Assembly: GCA_963844035.1 (NCBI GenBank)
Contig: CAWJMT010000005.1
Span: 32,001-96,000 of the forward strand
Length of the DNA: 64,000 bases
Direction: 5' to 3'
Source: an uncultured Gemmatimonadales bacterium
GTDB taxonomy: Bacteria; Gemmatimonadota; Gemmatimonadetes; Gemmatimonadales; GWC2-71-9
A program made the translations under genes and the position numbers. Below are positions 31,544 through 41,718 of this stretch, in pieces; position 1 is the first letter of the stretch; each line of letters begins with the position of its first letter. Under the pieces are notes generated by a model that was given only the letters and a program-made list of their open reading frames with translations, made no database searches and was not told where the DNA came from.

Positions 31544-32586
31544 CTAGTTGGTCCACGCCGGCTTGCCGCCGGCGGTGATGCTCTTCAACCTCGCCTGGAT
31601 CCACGGCTGCAACTGTGTGGGCAGCGGTGCATAGCCGAGCTTTGGAGCCTGGGCTTGTCCCTGGGTGATACAGGACCAGACGAATTTTGCGAGCTCGCGG
31701 GCCTTGGTCGCATCAGGATAGTCCTTGCGCAGCAAGAGCCAGGTAAAGCTCGAGATGGGGTAGGCCGTGCGCGCCGGGCGAGTTCGTCAGCGAGACCCGG
31801 AAGTCCGTGGTGGGTCCCATCTCGGCCATCGCACCCGCAGCGGCGGCGGTGACCGCCTCGATGGTTGGGGTGATGAAGTTGCCGGCTTTGTTCTGAAGCT
31901 GGCCGAACGACATCTTGTTGATCAACGCGTAGCCGAGCTCGGTGTAGCCGATGGCGCCGGGCGTCTGCTGGACCGTGGCCGAGACTCCTTCATTGCCCCG
32001 CCCGCCGAGTCCCACCGGCCAGTTGATTGATGTGCCCTTGCCCGGCCTTCTGTGCCCACTCCGGGCTCACCTTCGAGAGGTAGTCCGTGAAGATGAAGCT
32101 CGTGCCCGATCCGTCGGAGCGGTGCACGACGATGATGTCCTGATTTGGGAGCGTGACGCCCGCGTTGACGCTCGCGATGCGCGGGTCGCTCCACTTGGTG
32201 ATCTTGCCGAGGAAGATGTCCGCCAGTACGTCCGGGGTGAATTTCAGGGGGGCGGAGACCCCTTCCAGCTTGTAGATCAGCACCACCGCGCCGAGCACGG
32301 TGGGGATGTGGAGCACGTTGCCCTGGATCGCGGTGATGGCCGAGTCGGTCATCGGGGCGTCGGTGCCGCCGAAGTCCACCGTCTTGTCGGAGAACTGGCG
32401 GATACCACCGCCTGAGCCGATCGACTGATAGTTGATCTCGATATTGTCGAACTTCTGATTGTAAGTCAGGACCCACGTCTGGTAGATGATGTTCGGAAAC
32501 GTCGCGCCCGCGCCGTTCAGGCGCACCTGCGCCGTGAGCGGCATTGCGACGAGCCCGAGCAGGCTTGCGAGAATGGCCTTACGCAT
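31544..32586 (-). CDS. pstS: phosphate-binding protein PstS (indels)
   Basis: LNGAGATFP, YQSIGSGGG, DFGGTD, HRSDGSGT, GNEGV, IGYTE. Confidence 0.95.
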
Positions 32587-32600
32587 GGTTCCGGGACTCC

Positions 32601-33819
32601 TCAGAAGTTGGATTGCCAGGAAAACTTGAGCTCTTTCGCGGTGCGCGACTCGCCCGTGATGTCCTTGTACATGTAGAGATCCAGGCCGGCCCGCAGCTGG
32701 ACGCTGTTGGCGAAGTAGATGTTGAGGACAGGCGTGATGAGGACGCCCTGATCGTTGTCCGTGTCGGTGTTCGGGTCGGTGAAGTCGAGTCGGACGGCAG
32801 GCTCGATGATCTTGATGATGCGCGTGTCGGAGCCCTTGGTCGCGACGCGATACGCCACGATAAAATGCCAGCCCATGAACTTCACGATGTTCGAGTCCGC
32901 GCTGTTCCGCAGGTTGGCGGTGTTGCGGCCAGTGTTCACGCGGAGCTGGGCCGCGGCGGCGCCCTGGACGATCGGGACGTTGTCACCGGCCGCGAAGTCG
33001 GCGATGACGTGCAGACCCGGGCGGTAGCCACCCCATTCGGCGTCGATGCCGAACGCCGTGGTGGCCTTGGACGAGTCGGCGAAGAAGGTGGGGGCTGCCG
33101 GGATCGCGCCGGCCGGGCAGTTCGAGCAGATCGCACGGTCGCGCGAGCCAAACGACGCACCGACCTGGAGCATCGGTTGTTTGTCCTTGTTCTGTAGCGC
33201 GACGGCGGTGGCCCGTCCGAAGAAGCTCTTCGCGTTGTTGACGTCGGTGGCGCTCTCACGCGAGCCGCCCTGGACGACACCCTTGATGAAGAACTTGTGA
33301 TCGTTGCTCTCGAGCTCCACGCCGGCGCCGAGATCGTGGGACGCATAGCCGTTTTGCGCCAGCACGTCGTTCAGGCCCTCTTTGCCAGAGAGTCGCAGAA
33401 TCCGCACGCCGCGCTCGATCGACAGCAGGTTGTTGGAGCTGATCAGCTCGTAGCGCTGGAACGGCGACTTTTCCTGTCCCATCACGACGAACACGTTGCG
33501 CGTGAGGCCGACGCGCAGGAACGCGTCGCGCATCCGCAGCGCTCCCATTTCGAAGCTCGGCTGGATGACCAGGTTGATGTTGTCGCCGAACCGCACGTTG
33601 GTCTGGATGCGGAGCCGGCGGACTTCGAAGATGTTGTTCACGCCGGTCGAGTTGTAGCCGACCCCCCCGCTGAGGGTGGAGTCACCCGACGAATTGCGGT
33701 ACTGCACCTGGACGCGGCCCTGCACCTGGATGTTCGGGGCCTGCGCGGCGAGCGATGCGGCGCCGAGCGACGGCGGCCACGACGATGATCGATACACGGC
33801 TAAACAGTCCTGTGTGCAC
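32601..33819 (-). CDS. OprO/OprP-like phosphate-selective porin
   Basis: GRVQVQY, FEVRRLRI, MRDAFL, GQEKSPF, SIER; C-terminal WQSNF; directly upstream of pstS. Confidence 0.75.
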
Positions 33820-33899
33820 GGTGAGCTCCCCAAGACAGAGTAGTAGACGGACGACACGCACAACGTGGCCGCACGCCATCACCGTCAGGTGGCAGCAAT

Positions 33900-33915
33900 G
33901 TCACGGATGTGTAAC
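33900..33915 (-). promoter_or_regulatory. Pho-box-like direct repeat
   Basis: GTCAC-GGATGT-GTAAC upstream of the porin-pstS unit. Confidence 0.6.
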
Positions 33916-33966
33916 GAGGGAGGCAGGTAGCGGAGCCGAGTGGCCACCGCTCCCGTGGGAAGCTGG

Positions 33967-35007
33967 CTAGAAGGTGAACTGAGTTTGAAAGAGCGCCTGC
34001 GAGCGGGCCGCTTCCTGCGCCGCCGTGGGCGTGCCCTGGTAGTCGACGATGTCCAGATCGACCAGGAGCCGCCAATTGGGATGGATCTGATACGACGCAC
34101 CGCCGATGTAGCGGATCTGCTGATCGGTGCCGTTGCCGGCCTGAGGGTTGAAGATGTCAACGCGGCCGAGCACCGCGGCCTTCGAGTTCTTGAACTTGTA
34201 CACCCCGAACGCGCTGTACAGGTGGCCGTTGGTCGGCACTCGCACGGGGGCGGTCACCGTATCGTGCGTGAGCGCCATTTCGGCGGCGAGGGTGGCCTGT
34301 TTCGAGCGGTAGGAGAGCATCGTCAGGAGGTAGCTTCGCTCGCCCCCCGACGTGGGCTTTCCGTACTGACCGTAGAGCGAGAGGCGGAGGCCGCCGACTC
34401 TGCTCGAATCGTCGGTGCCCATGAGCCGTGCGGACACGCGACCCATCAGGTCCTTGCCCTGATCCCCCGTGCCACGGTTGTAGTTGTCGCCGTTTACCAA
34501 GGTGACCTGCATGTTCACCTTGTCGGGACCCCACTTGCCGTCGATACCGGCGCCGAAGTCAGCCGACGCGATGTACCCGTTGCGCTCCATCGCGATCTGC
34601 CCCTGCATCCGGTAGTCCCACAGCGTTTCTTCCCAATCGACCCAAGGGGTGTGGATGAGGCCGAGCTTGAAGGTCAGCGGGCTCTTCCCGGGGGTGTAGG
34701 CGACATACGCGTACTTCAGTCGGTAGGCGCGGGAACTGTCGGCGTTGTTGAAGATGTCGGCCGTGACGCGCGTGTACAGGCCGCCCGAGAACTTCCCGAT
34801 CACGTTGATGTAGGCGCGGGTCACCTCGAATCGATTGAGGTGATTCGCGGTGTCGTTGAGCTGGTACAGGAACTGGGTGTAGACCAACCCGCCCACGGTG
34901 ATCGGCGATGGTGGGGACGGGGCGGGGGTTTGCGCAGCCACAGCCCCGACGCCCAGCGTAGAGAGGACGACCACAAGGGAACGCCAGCGAATCTGTCTTG
35001 CGTGCAC
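33967..35007 (-). CDS. second outer-membrane porin
   Basis: Signal peptide; NRFEVTRAYIN, RLKYAYV, SADFG, NGDNY; ends TQFTF. Confidence 0.75.
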   Translation of the reverse strand: MHARQIRWRSLVVVLSTLGVGAVAAQTPAPSPPSPITVGGLVYTQFLYQLNDTANHLNRFEVTRAYINVIGKFSGGLYTRVTADIFNNADSSRAYRLKYAYVAYTPGKSPLTFKLGLIHTPWVDWEETLWDYRMQGQIAMERNGYIASADFGAGIDGKWGPDKVNMQVTLVNGDNYNRGTGDQGKDLMGRVSARLMGTDDSSRVGGLRLSLYGQYGKPTSGGERSYLLTMLSYRSKQATLAAEMALTHDTVTAPVRVPTNGHLYSAFGVYKFKNSKAAVLGRVDIFNPQAGNGTDQQIRYIGGASYQIHPNWRLLVDLDIVDYQGTPTAAQEAARSQALFQTQFTF

Positions 35008-35078
35008 GGTGATCTCCTCAGGGAAGGGGTCGTCCAGTAGTGCCACGGGATTCTAACGGCGGCCGGGAGGCAAGAAAA

Positions 35079-35112
35079 CAGGTAGCGGAGCCGTGTTGGC
35101 CTCCGCTACCTG
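35079..35112 (-). terminator. hairpin/terminator, partly repeated at 33924-33953
   Basis: CAGGTAGCGGAG-N10-CTCCGCTACCTG, TTTTCTT tail on the minus strand; CAGGTAGCGGAGCCG recurs at 33924. Confidence 0.6.
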
Positions 35113-35165
35113 GCACCCGGACAGCACGGCCGTGCAACCGGTCGCCGGGCGTCGCTCGGGAACGT

Positions 35166-35746
35166 CTAGAGCTTGTTGGCGAAGCTGACGAACTTGAACC
35201 GTTCGCCGCGTTCGAGGATGGGCCCGAACAGACGCTCCTGCGTTGCGACCAGCGCACGACGTCCACACCGTATTCTCTCCCTGGTGGCTCGGCGCGTCGT
35301 CGCAGGCGTAGCCGACGTAGCCGAGCGAGCGACCGCCCCGCTGCTCAAGGGCGCGCATCAGTCCCTTGCGACTGCCTTCCTGCATCAGAGAACCACATCA
35401 GCCCCGGGCTGAGGTCGTACGGTGGCCTGGGCCTCGGGGTTGGTGGGATAGTACAGGTAGGCGAACTCGGCACGGTTGATGGCGAGGGCGGCGAGGGCGG
35501 CGGTGTCCGACCGCTCCAACGCGCGGACGTAGCGCTCGACCAGCGCGTCGCGGGTCGGGGCCGCGTCCACGAGTCCCGACGGTTGCTCGAGCCCGGCGCG
35601 AAACCGTGCGAGCTCGACGTCACGCGGAACGACGCTATCCACGTGCTGCGGCGGGGCGGCGGCGGCTTGCGCCGGCTGCCGCCGGCAGGCGCCGGCGGCA
35701 GCAAGCAGGCTGCAGCAGCATGCGAGCGGAGCACCGGTGCCTTCAT
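35166..35746 (-). CDS. hypothetical exported protein (indels)
   Basis: Stitched: VDSVVPRDVELARFR...EFAYLYYP...PPYDLSPGLMWF...RLFGPILERGERFKFVSFANKL; end coordinate from ORF 35166..35348. Confidence 0.55.
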
Positions 35747-35749
35747 CGC

Positions 35750-37196
35750 TCAGTTGATCGCGTAGGCTGGTCCACCCCTGCCACCACTTGGCACCGGCGG
35801 GGTCGGCGGCGCCGAGGTAGGTCGGTATTCACCCACGTGCCGCCGAAGTAGCTCGCGACGCGGGCGGCTGGAGCGGTGCCGCCGCCCGACGTCGCAGGTG
35901 AGCCGGCCTTGGGCGTCCAGTCGAGTCCGGTCGGATTCACGTTGATGCCGAGCAGCGTGTCCACCGCGACGTTCGCCGCGTACTGCTTCAGGGTGGCGAG
36001 GCGGCCGGCATCCCAGTTGGTGGTCTGCGCGAAGCCCGCGCCGACGGTGTCGAAGTTGAAGCCGTTCTGGGCGACCAGGAGGTTCGTGATCTGGAGCGAG
36101 TCCTTGCCGCCCGACGCGACGAACAGCGAGTCAGACCAGGCGTCGCGGATGTTGATCGCGATGCCCTTCCAGCGGGCGAGGACACCGTTCATGAACGTCC
36201 CGCCGGTGCCGCGGCGCCACACGCCGCCGTTCCCGTCGGCGGGAATGCTGGCGAGCTGCCCGGGGCCGATGAACGTGAAGTTCGCGACCACCGGGTTCGA
36301 GTACGGCGTGCTCGCCCCGGTCGCCGTGACGACGCACCCGCTCACGGTCGGGTCGCAACCGTCGCCCTCGAAGCCGCGGGGATCGGTCGAGAAGACGCCG
36401 GCGCCGGAGGCGGGAATGAGGCGCTGGGTTTGCAGGGCGATGACGAACTGGCTGCGTCCCACGTAGCCTTCGGTCCAGTCGAAGTGATCGTCGCCCGACT
36501 CGTACGACACGAGGTATCGGGTGTCGACGGCGCCACCCCAGAACTCGAAGGAGTCGTCGAGGCCCGCCATCGTCTGGATGTACTCGTAGGTCGTGCCGCG
36601 ACCCACGGCGTAGGACGACAGCGAATTCAGCTCCTGCCCGGCGCCGTTCGAGATATCGTAGCCGGCGAACTCGATGCGGACGTAGCGCAGCACGCCGCTG
36701 TTGTCGTTGTTGTCGGTGCCGCCGGCGTAGTTCTCCGCCTGGCCGGCTGCTCCGCCCTCGGTGAGGATCGTGGCCCCGGTGCGGTTGATGATCCCGTTGC
36801 CGATGACGATGATCCCGCCCCAGTCCCCTGGTTTCCGGTTCCCGACGGCGCGCTGCGACGTGAAGACGATCGGCGCGGCGGCGGTGCCGCTCGCCATGAT
36901 CTTCGCGCCGCGCAGGATCCACAGGGAGCTCCCGAGGACGGTGGTATCACCCACGATCTTCGTGCCTGCCGGGATCGTCAGGGTGGCGCCGTTCGTCACC
37001 TTCACGTAGCCGCTGAGCGTGTACACGGTGTCCTTCGAGAGCGTGCGGCTGGCGGTGATGTTGCTGTTGATGACCGACGCACCGTCGTCGGCGTCGGATT
37101 GGGGTTAGTGGGGGAGTCGTCATCTCCGCAGCCCGCCACGGCGCCGAGCAAAACGGCCGTGGCAACGGGAAGGAGCATTCTCGGCAGGCGCATCAT
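35750..37196 (-). CDS. beta-helix-type surface lipoprotein associated with TonB receptor (indels)
   Basis: Lipobox VAGC; TLTIPAGT, PIVFTS, GDWGG, DNSGVLRYVRIEFAG, ELNSL, DDSFEFWGG, DDHFD. Confidence 0.75.
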
Positions 37197-37227
37197 GATT
37201 CAATCCTCTCGGTTGGGGTGAAGGACA

Positions 37228-40022
37228 TCACAGCGTCCAGGTGACGCCCAGGCTGACCACTCGGCCCGTCGTATAGCGCAGCCGCATGACGGATCCCTGG
37301 ACCATTTGATACGGCGAGTCGAGCAGGTTCTTGCCGTCGAGTCGCATCGCCAGCTGCGGCGTGACGAGCACCTGCGATGAGAAATCGACGACGTGCCGGG
37401 GCTGGTCGTACGCGTCCGGCACCGGCTGTTGCCCGACCTCGGCGACCCGCCGCCCCACGACGTTGTACAGGCGCGGTGGCGCTGATGCGGCCCCCGCTGC
37501 TGGCGTACGACATGCCGAGGTTCACGACGTAGGGGGCCTGGCCCTGCATCGGGCGCTCCGAGCTGGTATTGCTCGAGATGCCCTCGTTGCCCGGCCGGAT
37601 CTGGCTGTGCATCAGCGTCGTGTTGGCGAACAGCGTGATTGGCGTGAGCGCATGGCGCGATCGCACGCAGGTTCTTGCGGACTTCCAGCTCGACACCGTA
37701 GTTCGAAGGCGCCGTCCGCGTTGACGAACTGCAGCGAGGACGTCCCCGTCGATCCCGACGATGACCTTCTCGATCGGTTGATCGAACGTTTTCGCAAACA
37801 CGCCGAGACTCACGACCTCGGCGGACGTGGGATACCACTCCCAGCGGACGTCGTAGTTCTGAATGAGCACGCGCTGCAGGGACGTGTCACCGGCGATGAT
37901 CAGCCCCTCGAACCCGTTTTGTGCGTAGCGGATGGGCGAGATCTCGCGGTATTCGGGCCGGGACAACGTCTGACTCGCCGACAACCGCAGGTTCTGCGAC
38001 GGCGTGAGCCGGTAGGTCAGCGCGGCTGCGGGGAGGAAGTCGAGGTACTCGTGCACCGGGTCTGTCTTGGTCCCTTGCGCATCCTGCGTGTGCAGCTCCA
38101 CGCGACTGTTCTCGGCACGCAGGCCGGTGATCACGCGGGTGCGCTCGCCGAGCGCGAACTCGAGCTGGACGTAGCCGGCGCCCAGGTGGTCGTTGGCGGT
38201 GTAGTAGCCACCGTTCGAGTTGAGGAGCAGCAACATCCGGCTGCTCGCGGCGTACGCGCCGTCGAAGATCGTCTCGGGCGCCTGGGCGCGCTCCTGATCG
38301 GAGAGGTCCAGGTTGTCGATCTCGAACGGGCGAGTTTCTTCCGTCCGGTCCACCGCGCGGTAGACGCCGCCGAGCTTGAGCGCGCTTCCGCGACCCGGCT
38401 CTCCCCAGGACAGCTTGTAATTCCCTGACAGCTCGAGTGCGCTTCTCGTGCAGGTCGCCGAACGTCCGTACCGCCGATCGGGATGCGCCCCACCACGCGA
38501 TCGGCTGCGACGTGCGCGCAATCGTATCGAGCGTGGCGGTATAGATGATCTCGGAACGGTCGGGCTCATAGCGCCGTACGGACGAGCTCGATACCGACCA
38601 GTCCACCATGTTCCGCGCGCCCAGATGGTGTTCCGCGTGGAGCTGGGTCGAGCGGACGTAGCGCTCCGTGAACGTCAGGCGCGTGATGTCGAGGCCCGGT
38701 AATTGCGAGAACTCTTCGGTCGTCCCGGCCAACCGGGTGGCCTGGTTGTCGGCGGTGCGACTGTACGTATTGTTGAGCCCGACCTTGGTGGAGCCGAGCT
38801 CGGCGGTGACGATTGAAAATCCCACCCCAGAGCACCCCCGCCGTCGCCGGTGGAGCCGTAGTAGGAGTTCAGGGGTCGCGCGCCGCCGTTGCCGTCGGCT
38901 ACAGCGACCGAATGCTGCTCGTCGGTACGCACGTCCTGGCTGGTCGAGTAGCTGAGCGATCCCAAGTAGCCCAGGGGGACGCTGCCGACCAGACCGCGAC
39001 CGCCGGCGGAGAGACCGAGTGAGCCGATGCCGGGACCCGCGGCGTTGCGGGCGGACCAGGCGTTCCGGAACGACCCGATGACCGCGTCCATTTCGGACCG
39101 GCTGAGTCCGGCCATGTCGGGTGGGCCGTGCAGCGGATCCGCCGGCGCGCGGAATCGCGCGCGCGCTGCCGGCGAACCCGAGCCATTCGGGGCCGACGGT
39201 CGGGGCGATCGGAATGTCCACCCGGGTCGCTCCCGTGTTCCCGCCGCCCGACATGGAAAACGTGAGCATCCTGCGGAGCGGGAACTCGCGCGTCTTGAGG
39301 TTCACCGACGCGCCGCTGAAATCCCCCGACTGGTCCGGCGTGAAGGTCTTGGACGTGGTGATCGACTCGAGCAGGCTCGATGGGAAGAGATCGAACGGCA
39401 CCACCTTGCGATCCGGCTCGGGGCTCGGGACGCGCGCGCCGTTCAGCGCCGTCGTGGTGTAGCGCTCGCCCAGTCCCCGCACGAAGACGTACTTGCCGTC
39501 CTCGACGCTCACGCCGGAGACACGCTGCACCGCCTCGCCCGCGTCGGAGTCGGGGCTCTTGCGGATCTGCTCTTCAGTTACCGCATTGGTGATCTGGTCG
39601 GCGTTGCGTTGCTCGTTCAGTGCGGAGCTCACCGAGCCGCGCTCCTGCTCGGCGGTCACCGTGACCGCCTCGAGCTCCACGGCCGCGCCCGCGAGCGTGA
39701 CGTCGAGCGTCGTCGTCTGACCGGCCACGACCGACACACCGGTGACGAACTTCGCTGCGCGTCCGATCGTGCGGGCGCTGATCGTGTAGATGCCCGGACG
39801 CACGTCGGCCAGGATGTACCGGCCGGACCAGTTGCTGATGACGGTGATCGTGGTGCCTTCGACGGTCACCTGGGCGCTGGGGATCCCGTCGCCCCGCTCC
39901 GCGTCGACGACGCGGCCGGCGATACGGCCGACCGCCGCGCTCGAGTCCTGCGCGTGAAGCGGTGACGTGATCGCAAGGAGGCCCAGCAGCAGGATTGGGG
40001 CTCGGAATGACGATGGTGACAT
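37228..40022 (-). CDS. TonB-dependent receptor with carboxypeptidase-regulatory-like N-domain (several indels)
   Basis: GRIAGRVVDA, plug VQRVSGVSV..VRGLGERY, FPSSLLESI..KTFTPD, SRPEYRE, NYDVRWEWY, KNLLD, C-terminal LGVTWTL. Confidence 0.88.
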
Positions 40023-40069
40023 GACGCTCCCATGCACGGGTGGTTGCATGAAGAAGCGAACGCACGCGC

Positions 40070-40107
40070 GTCACGAGAGCGGTGGAAAGCGGTAACGGTT
40101 TGGTAAC
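40070..40107 (-). promoter_or_regulatory. Pho-box-like repeats upstream of TonB receptor
   Basis: GTCAC at 40070, GTAAC at 40092 and 40103, all in 11-bp phase. Confidence 0.55.
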
Positions 40108-41214
40108 AGAGGCGACGCGCGGACGGCTCGCGCGCGTAGCGGCGGGGCTACGCTCGGTCGGAGCGGACGGCCTGACGCGGTGCTGAGCAGCAGCGGTGCG
40201 GCGGGGCGGGCCAGGGCGGCAGCCAGGCTCACGACCCCGGCTTGCAGCTCGGCCTGCGATTCGCGCTGCCGCTCTTCTCCGAACGCGCTGAACGCGTCTT
40301 GCTGCGCTTGTTGCGCGAGCCGCGCGAGGGCGAGCACGCCGGTGGTCGCCGCGAGCGGCCGCTTCCGCGAGGCGGGCGCGCGCCGGGGCGCGCGGGCGAT
40401 GGTGAGATCGTGCTGCCGCCGCGCCCGCTCTGCTGCGGCGTCGGCCACGGCATCGGCCAGCTCCGCGCTCAAGACCTGGAGATCGTGCAGGTCGCCGAGC
40501 TGCGTCTGGATCGCCTTCAACCGGATCAGGAGGGCGGCCGCTCCCGGGTGGGCCTCCGCGAGCGGCTCCAGCAGGTAGCGCAGGTGCTTGGCGACGAGGC
40601 GGATCCCGTGAGCGGTCGATTCGTCGCCCGCGGACTGGAGCGTGGAGATCTCCTGGGCCAGCAGGGCGGCCTGCTCCGTCAGCAGGCCGGCGGCGACCGC
40701 ACCGAAGGTTGGGACGACGCTCGCCGAGCCCGCCGGAATGTTGCCGGCGGCCCGCAGCGCCTTCCGCAGCCGGCGCTCGAGGCGTTGAAACTCCGATGCG
40801 AGCTCGTCCTGGATCTGTTCGTACGCACGGTCGCGGCGTTCGGCGAGTCGCGCCAGCAACCATGGGACGCCCGCGCGCTGGCCGCGCTCCTAACCTCCCC
40901 TCCAGCGTTTTCACCGCAGCGATCAGGACCTCGGCGTCGCGTCCCGCCGCCGTGGCGCGCGTCAGGTCGCGTAGACGATTGCGCAACTTCCTGGGAACGG
41001 CGTGATCGAGCTCGGAGCGGAAGCTGCGCAACGTGCTGCGCAGGCGGCGGACGGCGACCCGGAAATCGTGCAGTGCCTCCGTGTCGCTCGGGTCCGCGAC
41101 GCGTTGCGCCGCGGTATGCGCGGCGTCGACGTGCACCTGACAAACGAGCGCGGCCGCCTCCGGGGCGGAGCGCGTGGTAAGGTCAGCCGGGTACTCAGCC
41201 ACGATCGGCACCAA
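40071..41214 (-). CDS. CHAD-domain polyphosphate-binding protein (indel near 40890; true stop may be earlier)
   Basis: EALHDFRVAVRRLRS, RDAEV, HGIRLVAKHLRYLLE, LKAIQTQLGDLHD. Confidence 0.85.
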
Positions 41215-41710
41215 GCCGGCGCAGGTGCTTGGGGCCGAGAAACCAGTCGAGCGTTGCCCCGCCGCGGGCGACGGGGCCGGTGAACTCGAGCAGGCACGCC
41301 GCGCCTTTTCGGAACTCGAGGAAGGGCCCGTTGGTGCTGGCCAGGAGGGCGCAGACCATCCGGCTCAGGTCCGGTTCGTGGCCCACGAGCGCGGCCGTGC
41401 CCCGCCCCGGGAGCCCGGCGACCCAGGCGAGCACCCGATCGATCGCGGTGCCCGGCGCGAGCTCCGCCACCCGCTCGACGGTGAGCCCGCCGTACACGCG
41501 CGCGACGATGTCCGCCGTGTCGAACGCGCGTTTGAGCGGGCTCGACGCGAGCAAGTCGATGGTCGGCACGATCTCCTTCAGGCCAACGGCGCCGCGACGC
41601 ATCTTTTCGCGGCCCTCAGGAGTCAGCGGCCGGGCTGCGTCATCGCGCTGCTCGCGCGCGAAGTCCTCCCGGTCTTCGGCAATGGCGTGACGGATGACGA
41701 GCAGGCGCAC
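41195..41710 (-). CDS. sixA: SixA-type phosphohistidine phosphatase
   Basis: LLVIRHAIAE, RPLT..G, SSPLKRA..TA, VGHEPDL, FRKG. Confidence 0.88.
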   Translation of the reverse strand: MRLLVIRHAIAEDREDFAREQRDDAARPLTPEGREKMRRGAVGLKEIVPTIDLLASSPLKRAFDTADIVARVYGGLTVERVAELAPGTAIDRVLAWVAGLPGRGTAALVGHEPDLSRMVCALLASTNGPFLEFRKGAACLLEFTGPVARGGATLDWFLGPKHLRRLGADRG

Positions 41711-41718
41711 CGGAAGTC

